IMG/VR virus record: IMGVR_UViG_3300034095_001075
Length of the DNA: 64,000 nt
Reading direction: 5' to 3' (one strand)
DNA from: an uncultured virus (IMG/VR IMGVR_UViG_3300034095_001075)
Taxonomy: Duplodnaviria > Heunggongvirae > Uroviricota > Caudoviricetes
Below the pieces are notes generated by a model. It was not told where the DNA came from. It did no database searches and saw only the letters and a program-made list of their open reading frames with translations. Positions 6,691 through 15,559 of the stretch are shown here, one piece after another; the stretch's first letter is position 1, and the number at the start of each line of letters is the position of its first letter. The position numbers and the translations under genes were made by a program.

Positions 6691-6939
6691 ATGAAAAATT
6701 CAAGTATAATCAATCGTCTAGATCGTGCCATAGAAGAAACTTCTAGTATTCATGCCAAAACACATGAACAAACTACTGAATGTCTTTCTTGTTTGTTAGA
6801 AGATGTTCGTAAAATTGTAAACAATAGCGAAGATGTAATCGTAGATTTGGAAACCAAACTATTTGATTCATATAGACAAAATGAAAAATTCCAAGGTATA
6901 TTAGAAATGCGTAGATTGTTTGACGAACAATCAGGATAA
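6691..6939 (+). CDS. hypothetical protein
   Basis: Start corrected to ATG 6691 (track start lies inside tRNA-Leu). Confidence 0.7.
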   Translation: MKNSSIINRLDRAIEETSSIHAKTHEQTTECLSCLLEDVRKIVNNSEDVIVDLETKLFDSYRQNEKFQGILEMRRLFDEQSG

Positions 6940-6943
6940 ACCA

Positions 6944-7165
6944 ATGGCAAAAAAGAAAATTATAAACAAAAACAAAAAGCCAACAGAAAATAATTCTTAT
7001 TATTTTGTGGCACATGTGGATTCTGATGGAGAAGTTACTCCACTGTTGTTGACTGATGTTGAGTACAATAGAGCAAAGGTTAGAGCAGATAACAATCCAG
7101 AAGATGTTCCAGAAGATTTTATTGCGTTTTCACAAGAACATAGAAAGAATAAAAATGGCAAGTAA
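6944..7165 (+). CDS. hypothetical protein
   Basis: AGGA SD then MAKKKII; LLLT...RADNNPED. Confidence 0.7.
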   Translation: MAKKKIINKNKKPTENNSYYFVAHVDSDGEVTPLLLTDVEYNRAKVRADNNPEDVPEDFIAFSQEHRKNKNGK

Positions 7166-7505
7166 GAAGAAACTTTTGATTACAAAAACTTTTCCATTAG
7201 AAGTAACTGGAACATTGAATTGGATATTAGATACTTCTTTCGAGGAATTTGAAAAGAATATAAAAAATATGCCAATTTCTCTTCTTGTTCAAGAATATGG
7301 ATCTATCAAAGAAGCCATAGGATGTTTGATTGTAGAAGTAAAAGCAAAGAAACAGGATTACTATAAAGACTCTAGAAGAACAGATCTTCGCCGTAGAGAA
7401 GAAATTCTTTATCAAAAGATTCTTCAATTGTATTACGAACAAGTGTCGGTGGTTGCAGAAATTGATTATTGGAGTGATCTAGAACATTCAAAGTCAGTAA
7501 AGTAG
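7155..7505 (+). CDS. hypothetical protein
   Basis: Likely start MASKKK at 7155. Confidence 0.65.
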   Translation: MASKKKLLITKTFPLEVTGTLNWILDTSFEEFEKNIKNMPISLLVQEYGSIKEAIGCLIVEVKAKKQDYYKDSRRTDLRRREEILYQKILQLYYEQVSVVAEIDYWSDLEHSKSVK

Positions 7506-7510
7506 TTTAT

Positions 7511-7840
7511 ATGATACATCTTTTATTTTCTATATTTGGAATTGTATTTGCGAACTGGGTCTATGCCCATGTTTCGTATAATAAGTATTTCCAAGATAGA
7601 CCATTAAGTGCATATGCAGTTTCAATTCTAGCAGCAGCAATAACCACTGCTGCATGGGTTCTACTGATAAGAAATGTGAAAACACCCAAAGAGGTTTTCA
7701 TTACCAACATTATATGGGATGTTGGTGCCACTATGTTATGTGTAGTGTTTCCTATTATGCTATATAATGTGAAACTGGATATGAAAACTGTAATAGGTTG
7801 CACGATTGCAATAGTTGGATTACTTATTGCAAAGATATGA
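7511..7840 (+). CDS. 4-TM membrane protein, SMR/DMT-like
   Basis: Four hydrophobic segments in 109 aa; C-terminal IGCTIAIVGLL. Confidence 0.6.
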   Translation: MIHLLFSIFGIVFANWVYAHVSYNKYFQDRPLSAYAVSILAAAITTAAWVLLIRNVKTPKEVFITNIIWDVGATMLCVVFPIMLYNVKLDMKTVIGCTIAIVGLLIAKI

Positions 7841-7846
7841 AAGCAT

Positions 7847-7919
7847 TCCCTGATAGCTCAGTTGGTAGAGCGGCGAGCTGTTAACTCGCATGTCACTGGT
7901 TCGAGTCCAGTTCGGGGAG
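7847..7919 (+). tRNA. tRNA-Asn(GTT)
   Basis: TCCCTGA...TCGGGGA-G; GCGAG-CTGTTAA-CTCGC. Confidence 0.95.
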
Positions 7920-7923
7920 TTTT

Positions 7924-7996
7924 GTCCGAGTAACTCAGCGGCTAGAGTGCTTCCTTTACACGGAAGAAGTCGTCGGTTCGATCCCGACCTTGGATA
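7924..7996 (+). tRNA. tRNA-Val(TAC)
   Basis: GTCCGAG...CTTGGAT-A; CTTCC-TTTACAC-GGAAG. Confidence 0.93.
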
Positions 7997-8000
7997 TTTG

Positions 8001-8083
8001 GCAAGGGTACTCAAGTGGTCAACGAGGGCAGACTGTAAATCTGCTGATTAATTTCTACGAAGGTTCGAATCCCTCCTCTTGCA
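8001..8083 (+). tRNA. tRNA-Tyr(GTA)
   Basis: GCAAGGG...CTCTTGC-A; GCAGA-CTGTAAA-TCTGC; long variable arm. Confidence 0.92.
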
Positions 8084-8110
8084 TTCTGTTTGTTTATAAA
8101 TAATGGCACT

Positions 8111-8548
8111 ATGAAGAAATTCTCCCAATATATTAATTCAAATGAAGACTGCAATTGTGATCAATCTGTTGACGAAGAAGTTGGCACATTCATGAAAGGT
8201 GCATTGGGCACAATAGGTAAAGGACTATTAAGCAGTGCCGGTAAAGTAATTGGTGGCACTGGTGTTAGTGGTATTATTCAAGGTGGAACGGCTGCAGTCG
8301 AGAGACGAAGACAAGGCTCAGAAATGTTAGATAATGCAGTTATCCAATGTTCTGCTAGAGAGACTTCTTTGGAAAAAGAGTTACTGAGAAGAAAAGGTAA
8401 ACCCGACGAAGCCGCTGTAGCAGATCAATTAAAAGACGCAAAAGCTGAATGTGCAAAAATAAAAGCAGCATCCAACGAACGAGCCGCAGCCAAACAATTG
8501 GCTGCAATGAGAAAAGAAAAAGCAGATCTATTAAGAAAAACCCCATAA
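8111..8548 (+). CDS. putative internal head protein (late gene)
   Basis: TATAAATA at 8095-8102; N-terminus MKKFSQYI resembles the T4 capsid-targeting sequence MKTYQEFIAE. Confidence 0.5.
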   Translation: MKKFSQYINSNEDCNCDQSVDEEVGTFMKGALGTIGKGLLSSAGKVIGGTGVSGIIQGGTAAVERRRQGSEMLDNAVIQCSARETSLEKELLRRKGKPDEAAVADQLKDAKAECAKIKAASNERAAAKQLAAMRKEKADLLRKTP

Positions 8549-8618
8549 GGCCACTTCTTTAAAATTCTACATACCTGTGTAGTCTTACTAAGGCCCTTCA
8601 AGACCTATTAAGACCACC

Positions 8619-8646
8619 TTGACTTACATAAGAATACCAGTATAAT
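8619..8646 (+). promoter_or_regulatory. sigma70-like promoter
   Basis: TTGACT-N16-TATAAT. Confidence 0.7.
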
Positions 8647-8688
8647 AGAGAACGACTAATCCTCGTTCTCTTTTTATTTGGAGATATC

Positions 8689-8877
8689 ATGAAGCGACAT
8701 TGGGATGAAATGGATGAAGAAGCATGTAACCAAGGTGCTGCTTTTCATAAACAACTCACCACCCAGATTGCCAAGAAAGGTCTTGGTAAAGTAACTCTAA
8801 AGACCCGAAAGATGCACGGTGATGCATTTTTTGCAGTTCAGCGTAAGACTGTTAAAAACTCTTTCTTTGTGAGGTAA
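8689..8877 (+). CDS. small basic hypothetical protein
   Basis: GGAG SD; 62 aa. Confidence 0.7.
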   Translation: MKRHWDEMDEEACNQGAAFHKQLTTQIAKKGLGKVTLKTRKMHGDAFFAVQRKTVKNSFFVR

Positions 8878-8880
8878 TTT

Positions 8881-9090
8881 ATGTACTGTGCTAAGTGTGG
8901 TAAACCAATTCCTGTTGCCCGTCTGGAGATCCTACCCGACACGGAAACCTGCGTAGGCTGCTCTACAGCAAAACCTATGATAGGCTTTATGGACTGGGCA
9001 CATAAGACTGCCCCTGAACTGGTTATGATTAGTTCTGCGGATAAGGAAAATCTACGCAGAGCCAAAAGAATTTCAGCAAGATCTAGATGA
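8881..9090 (+). CDS. TraR/DksA C4-type zinc-finger protein
   Basis: CAKCGKPIPVARLEILPDTETCVGC matches CxxCGxxIPxxRLxxxPxxxxCxxC; GAGG SD. Confidence 0.85.
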   Translation: MYCAKCGKPIPVARLEILPDTETCVGCSTAKPMIGFMDWAHKTAPELVMISSADKENLRRAKRISARSR

Positions 9091-9109
9091 TTGCCTTTAT
9101 AAATACATG

Positions 9110-9245
9110 TGGTTTGAGGGATTGAATACCGGGAGTCAGGATTCGGAGACAGTTGCGAACTTGATTACGCTATTCATGCGTTATAGGAACTTCGCTACCT
9201 TTAGACCGTCAGGGGGGCCGGACTCTATCAAGAGTCCGGTTCTTT
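9110..9245 (+). ncRNA. candidate late-expressed small structured RNA
   Basis: TATAAATA 9098-9105; rod-like fold closed by 9111-9120/9198-9207; terminator hairpin 9217-9245. Confidence 0.6.
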
Positions 9246-9308
9246 ATATATGCCAATAGAAGTTCTATTAGTGCTAAATAGTAATATAATTCACAGGAGA
9301 ACTGGCAT

Positions 9309-9899
9309 ATGGCAATCAATTTCTTTACACTCAGACAAGTAACCCAGCTTATTGCTCAAAAATTAGAAGAAGCAAAGCGTTCAGTTCCAGCGGCTTACAC
9401 CGCAGCAATCAGACCTGATAAAACATTTGCAAAAGATATAGATCTGCTGAATACTGTTAAGTTGACCAACAAGGATATTGCTGGTAGCGTAACAAGCGCA
9501 GCAAGAAGCGAGTCTTCTAAAAAGCTTCATGGACATATAAACACACATCTCCAAGGTGGTAGAGGTGTTGCAGTGTATCTCCAAAAACAACCAGGATTTG
9601 GTGTAGAACAAGAAGGCGAACTAGACAGACATTATATCGTTCCTCACACAGACGGACATTATCTTGTAAGTGGTAACAAGACAAGAAAAATAGCATCCAT
9701 GATACCTGGCGAGCACGGAATGATTGCTGTAATGCCATACTCTAAAGGCAACCGATCTGCTTCACCAATCGGATACATTCCAGGCGGAACAGGTTCACAG
9801 AATGACATCAGAACATTTGCCCCTGATCAAGTAGAAAAGAGTGGCATTGGTTCTAAATTTAAGATGAGAATACAAGGTGGAACTCCCACCCTAGACTGA
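9309..9899 (+). CDS. hypothetical late protein
   Basis: GCTAAATA upstream; CAGGAG SD. Confidence 0.75.
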   Translation: MAINFFTLRQVTQLIAQKLEEAKRSVPAAYTAAIRPDKTFAKDIDLLNTVKLTNKDIAGSVTSAARSESSKKLHGHINTHLQGGRGVAVYLQKQPGFGVEQEGELDRHYIVPHTDGHYLVSGNKTRKIASMIPGEHGMIAVMPYSKGNRSASPIGYIPGGTGSQNDIRTFAPDQVEKSGIGSKFKMRIQGGTPTLD

Positions 9900-9908
9900 A
9901 AGTAAAAT

Positions 9909-10583
9909 ATGTTTAATCATGATATAGTGGTAATTGAAGACAATTTAAGAACAGAAGAAATAAACGGTAAACGATTCTATGTTGCTCCAGATGGCAACAA
10001 GTATCCTTCCGTGACTACAATAACAGGATGGAAGAAGCGGGCTTTCTTTGCCGAATGGCGTAGAAAGAATCCCGATGAATCTCGTCGAGTGTTGGCTCGC
10101 GGAACACACTTCCATACTATAATTGAAAACTACATACTCAATGACGAGGTTGCAGTAGAAGCCGGTAAGCAGAAACGCCCTGGTGATTACTACATGTTTA
10201 CTCAAATCAAGGAAGAACTTGATAAGATAACCAACATCAAATCACTGGAAACTGCATTGTGGTCGGGTACTCTAAAGATGGCAGGTAGAGTAGATTGTAT
10301 TGCTGAATATAATGGTAAACTATCTGTTATAGATTTTAAGACAAGTAAAGCACCCAAATCAGATAAAGACATTAAAGAATACTTCATGCAAGCGACTGCA
10401 TATGCAATAATGTTTCAGGAAAGAACGGGAATTGCCATTCGTAATATAGCAATATTGATGTCATGCGAAGAAGGTAGCGTAATGGTTTATGAAAGAGATC
10501 CTATGGATTATGTAAAAGATCTCAAAGAAGCCATTGATGAGTATTACAAGGAAAACAATAATGAGTTACTTATTCCCAACTGA
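9909..10583 (+). CDS. PD-(D/E)XK (Cas4/RecB-like) exonuclease of T4-like phages
   Basis: YPSVTT, RGT-x-FH, AGRVDCIAEY, IDFKTS, YFMQATAYA. Confidence 0.9.
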   Translation: MFNHDIVVIEDNLRTEEINGKRFYVAPDGNKYPSVTTITGWKKRAFFAEWRRKNPDESRRVLARGTHFHTIIENYILNDEVAVEAGKQKRPGDYYMFTQIKEELDKITNIKSLETALWSGTLKMAGRVDCIAEYNGKLSVIDFKTSKAPKSDKDIKEYFMQATAYAIMFQERTGIAIRNIAILMSCEEGSVMVYERDPMDYVKDLKEAIDEYYKENNNELLIPN

Positions 10584-11415
10584 TACATGTGTAGTTGCTT
10601 GCTCTGGACCTTCTCTTAATAAAGTTGATGTGTTTTCTCTTGGACTTCCTGTGTGTGCAATAAGCACAACAATAAGATCAATAAAGAAACCGAACTATTG
10701 GTTCATTGCAGATAATTTGAATGAGATGCATGGGGAAGAAGGAAAGACTGCTTGGGATGATCCGGATGTAATAAAGGTAGTCCCAAACAAAACTACTAGA
10801 ACTCCCGGTAAGCATGTGATACAACATCCATATCATGAGGGAAGAGAAGCCAATCAAAAATATGAATCGCTGCTCTTTGATCCATCGAATCCCTTGCTTC
10901 GTGGACCACACAAAACCCTGACTTTCGCAATACAATGGTTGCATGTGTCTGGTGTCAAGAATTTAATATTTGCTGGTAATGATCTTACTGCTGATAATTT
11001 TGAATCAAAGTATTCATATCCTATAGCAGCATTCGATAAAAAGAAAGAACACAATTTTAAAAAGACATTAGATCAGACTGCAGCATTTTTACAGACATGG
11101 TATCCTGTTGCAAAAAACAAAGGATATAATTGGTATTCTTGGGAGTGTGGATCTGCTTTTGAAAATATGGGAGTTCCAAAATATACTCCAGAAGTTTCGC
11201 AAGGCGCGGTGTTTCGAGAAATAAAATTTGATATGGGATCGTATCAAGCAGATGAACCACCAGAAATTCCTAAGAATAAAGAACCAGAGCAGGACAATAA
11301 TATGAATAATTATTTTCGCCTGATGCGAGAAACTAGACAAAAAGAAAAAGAAAAACCCAAGCCTAAATTAGACATGGGTGTGTACTTTAATATGATGCAT
11401 AAACGCAAAAAATGA
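10561..11415 (+). CDS. Maf/DUF115-like putative glycosyltransferase
   Basis: VVACSGPSL, PNYWFIAD, FAIQWL..SGVKNLIFAGND; likely start MSYLF. Confidence 0.6.
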   Translation: MSYLFPTDTCVVACSGPSLNKVDVFSLGLPVCAISTTIRSIKKPNYWFIADNLNEMHGEEGKTAWDDPDVIKVVPNKTTRTPGKHVIQHPYHEGREANQKYESLLFDPSNPLLRGPHKTLTFAIQWLHVSGVKNLIFAGNDLTADNFESKYSYPIAAFDKKKEHNFKKTLDQTAAFLQTWYPVAKNKGYNWYSWECGSAFENMGVPKYTPEVSQGAVFREIKFDMGSYQADEPPEIPKNKEPEQDNNMNNYFRLMRETRQKEKEKPKPKLDMGVYFNMMHKRKK

Positions 11416-12038
11416 ATAAGTTAAAATTTATCTCGTTCTATACACCGAATGGGATATATCCACAATTAATAAAAGAATTGGAGAGTAGTTTGAAGAAACA
11501 CTCTCTAGATTTTGTCATTAAACAAAAACAAGATAAAGGCACTTGGGTAGAAAATTGTGCATTGAAAGCAGAATTCATAAAAGAAATGCTGTTAGAATCT
11601 GCACAAGGAGACTGTCTCGTTTGGATCGACAGCGATGCACAAATAATAAAGTATCCAGATTTATTATTATTGGGTAATCAAGAATTTATGATTCGGGGAG
11701 AACCAGGCGGTAAAAGTAAATTACCGGCTGGTAGAGAACGAATTCATTTACCTAATAATTGGCCAGCAACCACGCCTTCTTGTTGGTTCAATTCTGGCAC
11801 AATCTTTATAAGAGTGTGTGACAATAGCATAAAACTGTGTGATCGTTGGATTGAGCTGAAGCAGCAAGATCCTCGTGCATGGGATCAATGGACACTGCAG
11901 CAAGCCTGGTGCGATGTACAACCCATTACAGAGTTCCTACCACAGTCGTATTGTCAGATAGATCGGTTACATGGTAGACATGGTGCAGTGATCCTACATA
12001 AATTAGCATCCGTTGAACAGAAGGTGAATAGATCATGA
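11412..12038 (+). CDS. nucleotide-diphospho-sugar transferase (GT-A)
   Basis: ISFYT, KAEFI, WIDSDA (DxD), NSGTIF, WDQ. Confidence 0.8.
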   Translation: MNKLKFISFYTPNGIYPQLIKELESSLKKHSLDFVIKQKQDKGTWVENCALKAEFIKEMLLESAQGDCLVWIDSDAQIIKYPDLLLLGNQEFMIRGEPGGKSKLPAGRERIHLPNNWPATTPSCWFNSGTIFIRVCDNSIKLCDRWIELKQQDPRAWDQWTLQQAWCDVQPITEFLPQSYCQIDRLHGRHGAVILHKLASVEQKVNRS

Positions 12039-12667
12039 TTTCAGTTATAACATTTTATACGCCAGAATATAAAGAAGAAGCTGTGGCATGGAGAAGATCT
12101 TGTCACAGTTTTTTACAAGAGAATACTGCTGCACAATATCCATTTAAATCATATGAAATGCCAAGTAAAAACTCTTGGGTTCATAATTGCACAATGAAAG
12201 CACAAGTCACATTAAGTGCAATACACGAATTGAAATGTGGAGTTGTATGGACTGATGCTGATGCTAGATTTGTAGGATATCCAAAATTATTCGATGAATT
12301 AGAGAATTATGATTTTGGTTGCTATTGGATTCCAAATGTCTGGAATGAGGAAAGAAATAAGCATCTAAAGCCTTGGACTCGTGGGAATGAAGCCTTGGCA
12401 GGTGGTACATTGTTTTTCAACAATACCCAGATTGCTATAGACTTGATTCACGCATGGCAAAAACAAAGCGAAGCAAATCCAAAGGTATGGGAACAGCAAA
12501 GCTTGCAAAAAGTATGGGAAGAATTTGACAACAAAGGCTTGCGTACTTTTAATTTTCCACAATCATATTGCAAGGTATTTGATTGCAAATGGTTTGAGCC
12601 GGAACAACCCGTAGTGATTGAGCACACCCAAGCAAGTCGAAGACTGAAATCTGTGGTAGGCAGATGA
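12035..12667 (+). CDS. nucleotide-diphospho-sugar transferase, paralog of previous gene
   Basis: ITFYT, WTDADA, GGTLFF, WEQ, H-x-QASR. Confidence 0.8.
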   Translation: MISVITFYTPEYKEEAVAWRRSCHSFLQENTAAQYPFKSYEMPSKNSWVHNCTMKAQVTLSAIHELKCGVVWTDADARFVGYPKLFDELENYDFGCYWIPNVWNEERNKHLKPWTRGNEALAGGTLFFNNTQIAIDLIHAWQKQSEANPKVWEQQSLQKVWEEFDNKGLRTFNFPQSYCKVFDCKWFEPEQPVVIEHTQASRRLKSVVGR

Positions 12668-13365
12668 CAACATTATATAATAGTTTCGAGGAACACGAAC
12701 AGGTCTGGTTGGCTCTTCCAAGTGCAAATCTGCAAATGGCAAAGAAAACTTTTCCAAAATGGAGAGAGCTTGGATATAAAATAGCAGTTGTCTGTCCAGA
12801 TAAACACAGCAATGAATATTCTTCTCTGGTTGATCTGAAAGTTCTAGAATCAGAAATTGGTGGATATAAAGGATGGCCTAATGCAGTCAATCATTTATCC
12901 AAACAATTGACTAAGTATGACATAATCATTGCAGCGGGTGATGATATGCACCCAGATCCAAATTATAAAGCACACGAATTGCGATTGCAGTTTGTTAGGC
13001 ATTTTGGTGGCACATTCGGTGTTATGCAACCATATGGTGATAAGTTTGGAAGCATGGCATGTGAAACCTGCGAACAGATATGTGGCAGTGCTTGGTTAGG
13101 AAAAGAATTCAGAGAACGAATATATGAAGGCAAAGGACCTATGTGGGAAGGGTATTGGCACATGTGGGCAGATACTGAACTGTATCAAGTTGCCACTAAA
13201 TATAACTGCTTATGGATTCGAGGAGATCTGAGTCAATTTCATGAACACAGATTGAGAGGATCTCATAACTTTATTCCATCAATTCCTTCTGGTAATAAAC
13301 ATATCGCGGAAAAGTTATACAGAGAAAGAAAACAAAACAATTTTCCAAACAGTAACCCACTATGA
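12664..13365 (+). CDS. GT2-like glycosyltransferase
   Basis: AVN...AAGDDMHPD, WADTEL, FHEH. Confidence 0.7.
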   Translation: MTTLYNSFEEHEQVWLALPSANLQMAKKTFPKWRELGYKIAVVCPDKHSNEYSSLVDLKVLESEIGGYKGWPNAVNHLSKQLTKYDIIIAAGDDMHPDPNYKAHELRLQFVRHFGGTFGVMQPYGDKFGSMACETCEQICGSAWLGKEFRERIYEGKGPMWEGYWHMWADTELYQVATKYNCLWIRGDLSQFHEHRLRGSHNFIPSIPSGNKHIAEKLYRERKQNNFPNSNPL

Positions 13366-14027
13366 TTGACTTATTAATAAAATATCCAACTAGATCTAGA
13401 CCGGATCAATTCAAAAGAATACTCACAGATTATGTGAACAAGTTAACTGGTATGTATAAAGTTAAGTTTATCATTTCTATGGATTTGAATGACGAATCCT
13501 GTAACAACGATCCTATGCGATATTTCTTGGAGCAAATGAAAACCAAAGTTAATTTGGAATATCATTACGGTACAAGTAAAAATAAAATACATGCTTGCAA
13601 TAGAGATATTCCTGCAGATGGTTGGAAGGTTTGTATTCTAGTTTCTGATGATATGACACCAAAACAGCATGGGTATGATGGTGTTATAATGAATGATATG
13701 AATCAACATTTTCCAGATTTAGATGGTGCATTGAATTATAATTGCGGAGGACATGCATATCCTAAAGTCATGGTTCTTTCTGTAATTGGAAATCCGTACT
13801 ACAAAAGATTCAACTACATATATCATCCAGACTATACTAGTCTGTTTTGTGATGAAGAACAAACTGTTGTTGCTAGATCTATGAGTAAAATCAAAGATAT
13901 AAACAACAAAATAATCACACACGATTGGCACAACATCAAAGATGATTTGAGAACCCATACAGAAAAGTTTTATCAAACAGATAAACTTGTATTTGAATCT
14001 AGAAAAGAAAAAGGATTTCCGTTATGA
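13362..14027 (+). CDS. GT2-like glycosyltransferase
   Basis: YPTRSRP, KIHACN, VSDDMTP, SLFCDEE. Confidence 0.75.
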   Translation: MIDLLIKYPTRSRPDQFKRILTDYVNKLTGMYKVKFIISMDLNDESCNNDPMRYFLEQMKTKVNLEYHYGTSKNKIHACNRDIPADGWKVCILVSDDMTPKQHGYDGVIMNDMNQHFPDLDGALNYNCGGHAYPKVMVLSVIGNPYYKRFNYIYHPDYTSLFCDEEQTVVARSMSKIKDINNKIITHDWHNIKDDLRTHTEKFYQTDKLVFESRKEKGFPL

Positions 14028-14611
14028 GTATATTATGGACTATAGGTATTTTGCATTTGCCTAAACGAGCAGATGTTTACAATAAATTGATCGCCGTACT
14101 CAACACACAAATTGCAGCAGCAAATGCACAAGATATTGTTGAGATTATTACTGAAACTGATAATGGTGAAAATACTGTAGGTAAAAAAAGAAACACAGTA
14201 TTAGATAAAGCAAGAGGAGAATATGTTTGCTTTATTGACGATGATGATATGGTTACCGACATCTATGTTTCAAAAACTCTAAAAGCGTTGGAGTCAAGAC
14301 CGGATGTTGTTGAACTTGTTGGATTTTTGCCAAAGTATAATTTGCCATTCATTCATAATCTAAACTGTGGTGGGCATTTTAGAAAAGATGGCATTCAATT
14401 CAGAACACCAAATCATTTGAATACAATTAAGACTTCCATAGCAAAAGAAGTGCGATATCCTGAAATTTCACATGGAGAAGATCAAGACTATTCTCATCGT
14501 CTCTGGTCTAGTGGATTAATGAAAACTGAATCATTGATTGGTGATAGAATGTACATTTATCAATTTGATTCTAGAACATCAGAAACTGTCAAGTTTATGA
14601 AGAAGAACTAA
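14024..14611 (+). CDS. GT2 glycosyltransferase
   Basis: VGKKRN..L..ARGEYVCFIDDDD, GED. Confidence 0.85.
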   Translation: MSILWTIGILHLPKRADVYNKLIAVLNTQIAAANAQDIVEIITETDNGENTVGKKRNTVLDKARGEYVCFIDDDDMVTDIYVSKTLKALESRPDVVELVGFLPKYNLPFIHNLNCGGHFRKDGIQFRTPNHLNTIKTSIAKEVRYPEISHGEDQDYSHRLWSSGLMKTESLIGDRMYIYQFDSRTSETVKFMKKN

Positions 14612-15522
14612 TGAAAAAAATAATATCATATTGTCTTTGGGGTGATCTGCCACTTTATACAGTCGGTGCAATATCCAATGCAAAACAAGCAAAGGAAATC
14701 TATCCTGGCTGGATTTGTCGTTTCTATATTCATCAACCAAGCGTTCCGGCTTGGGTAGTAGAAGAATTACAAAAGCAAGACAATGTAGAAATTGTGTTTT
14801 ATACAGATGATGTTGGTTGGGGTGGAATGTTGTATCGTTTCTATCCAGCAACAGAAGATGATGTTGAAGTTATGCTCAGCAGAGATACTGATAGCAGATT
14901 GTCTACAAGAGAAAAAGCTTGTGTAGATCAGTGGTTAAAAGAGCCTGATAAAAATTTACATGTTATACGCGATGCGTGTGTACATCAATCACAGATGATG
15001 GGTGGTTTATGGGGAACTAGACGAGGATATTTGAAATGGATCAAACCCCACATTGATCATCATTTATCCACGATGAGAGGTGGATCGGCTATAAAAGGTT
15101 GTGATCAGAAATTTTTAAACGAAATTGTATATATGTACGCTGTTGGTTTGCTTGATGCTACTGGCAATCTTATAAATAAATTGATGGGATTTGATCCAAA
15201 TCAAATCAGTATTCTTTCTCATGATGATATAGCTTTTGGTTGTAAAAGATTTCCAAATTTTGCTAGAAAACCAAGTGATGGGGAATTGATGTACAAACTA
15301 CCTATTCCTAGAAAATATGGAAAACAATATAAAGCATGTCCCAGCTGTGGATTGCACCATGATTCAGATTTCATAGGAAGAGATGAATGCTTAACCGATG
15401 AAGAATGCAAATATATCAATTTGACTCCAGAGCAGCTTGAAGAAAGAAATAATATTGTAAAGTATTATAAACTTTATCAAAAAGATAGAGATATATTGGG
15501 ATTAACAACTATTTACGAGTAA
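14611..15522 (+). CDS. putative GT-A glycosyltransferase (KKIISYCLWG family)
   Basis: ISYCLWG, W-x-CRFY, ML-Y-RF, SRDTDSR, HVIRD, GGLWG, DQ-x-FL. Confidence 0.65.
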   Translation: MKKIISYCLWGDLPLYTVGAISNAKQAKEIYPGWICRFYIHQPSVPAWVVEELQKQDNVEIVFYTDDVGWGGMLYRFYPATEDDVEVMLSRDTDSRLSTREKACVDQWLKEPDKNLHVIRDACVHQSQMMGGLWGTRRGYLKWIKPHIDHHLSTMRGGSAIKGCDQKFLNEIVYMYAVGLLDATGNLINKLMGFDPNQISILSHDDIAFGCKRFPNFARKPSDGELMYKLPIPRKYGKQYKACPSCGLHHDSDFIGRDECLTDEECKYINLTPEQLEERNNIVKYYKLYQKDRDILGLTTIYE

Positions 15523-15559
15523 AACAATGAAAAAAATAATATCATATTGTCTTTGGGGT
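14611..15559 (+). repeat. 33-bp exact direct repeat at starts of two paralogs (14611-14643; 15527-15559)
   Basis: ATGAAAAAAATAATATCATATTGTCTTTGGGGT in both. Confidence 0.9.

Noticed and set aside
9110..9210. SRP RNA identity for the late sRNA
   Set aside because: TCAGG is present but the GNRA-capped domain IV motif (CCGGAAGGAAGCAG-like) is absent
9909..10583. CRISPR-Cas system suggested by the Cas4-like nuclease
   Set aside because: No repeat-spacer array or other cas genes seen; this is the common solo exonuclease of T4-like phages
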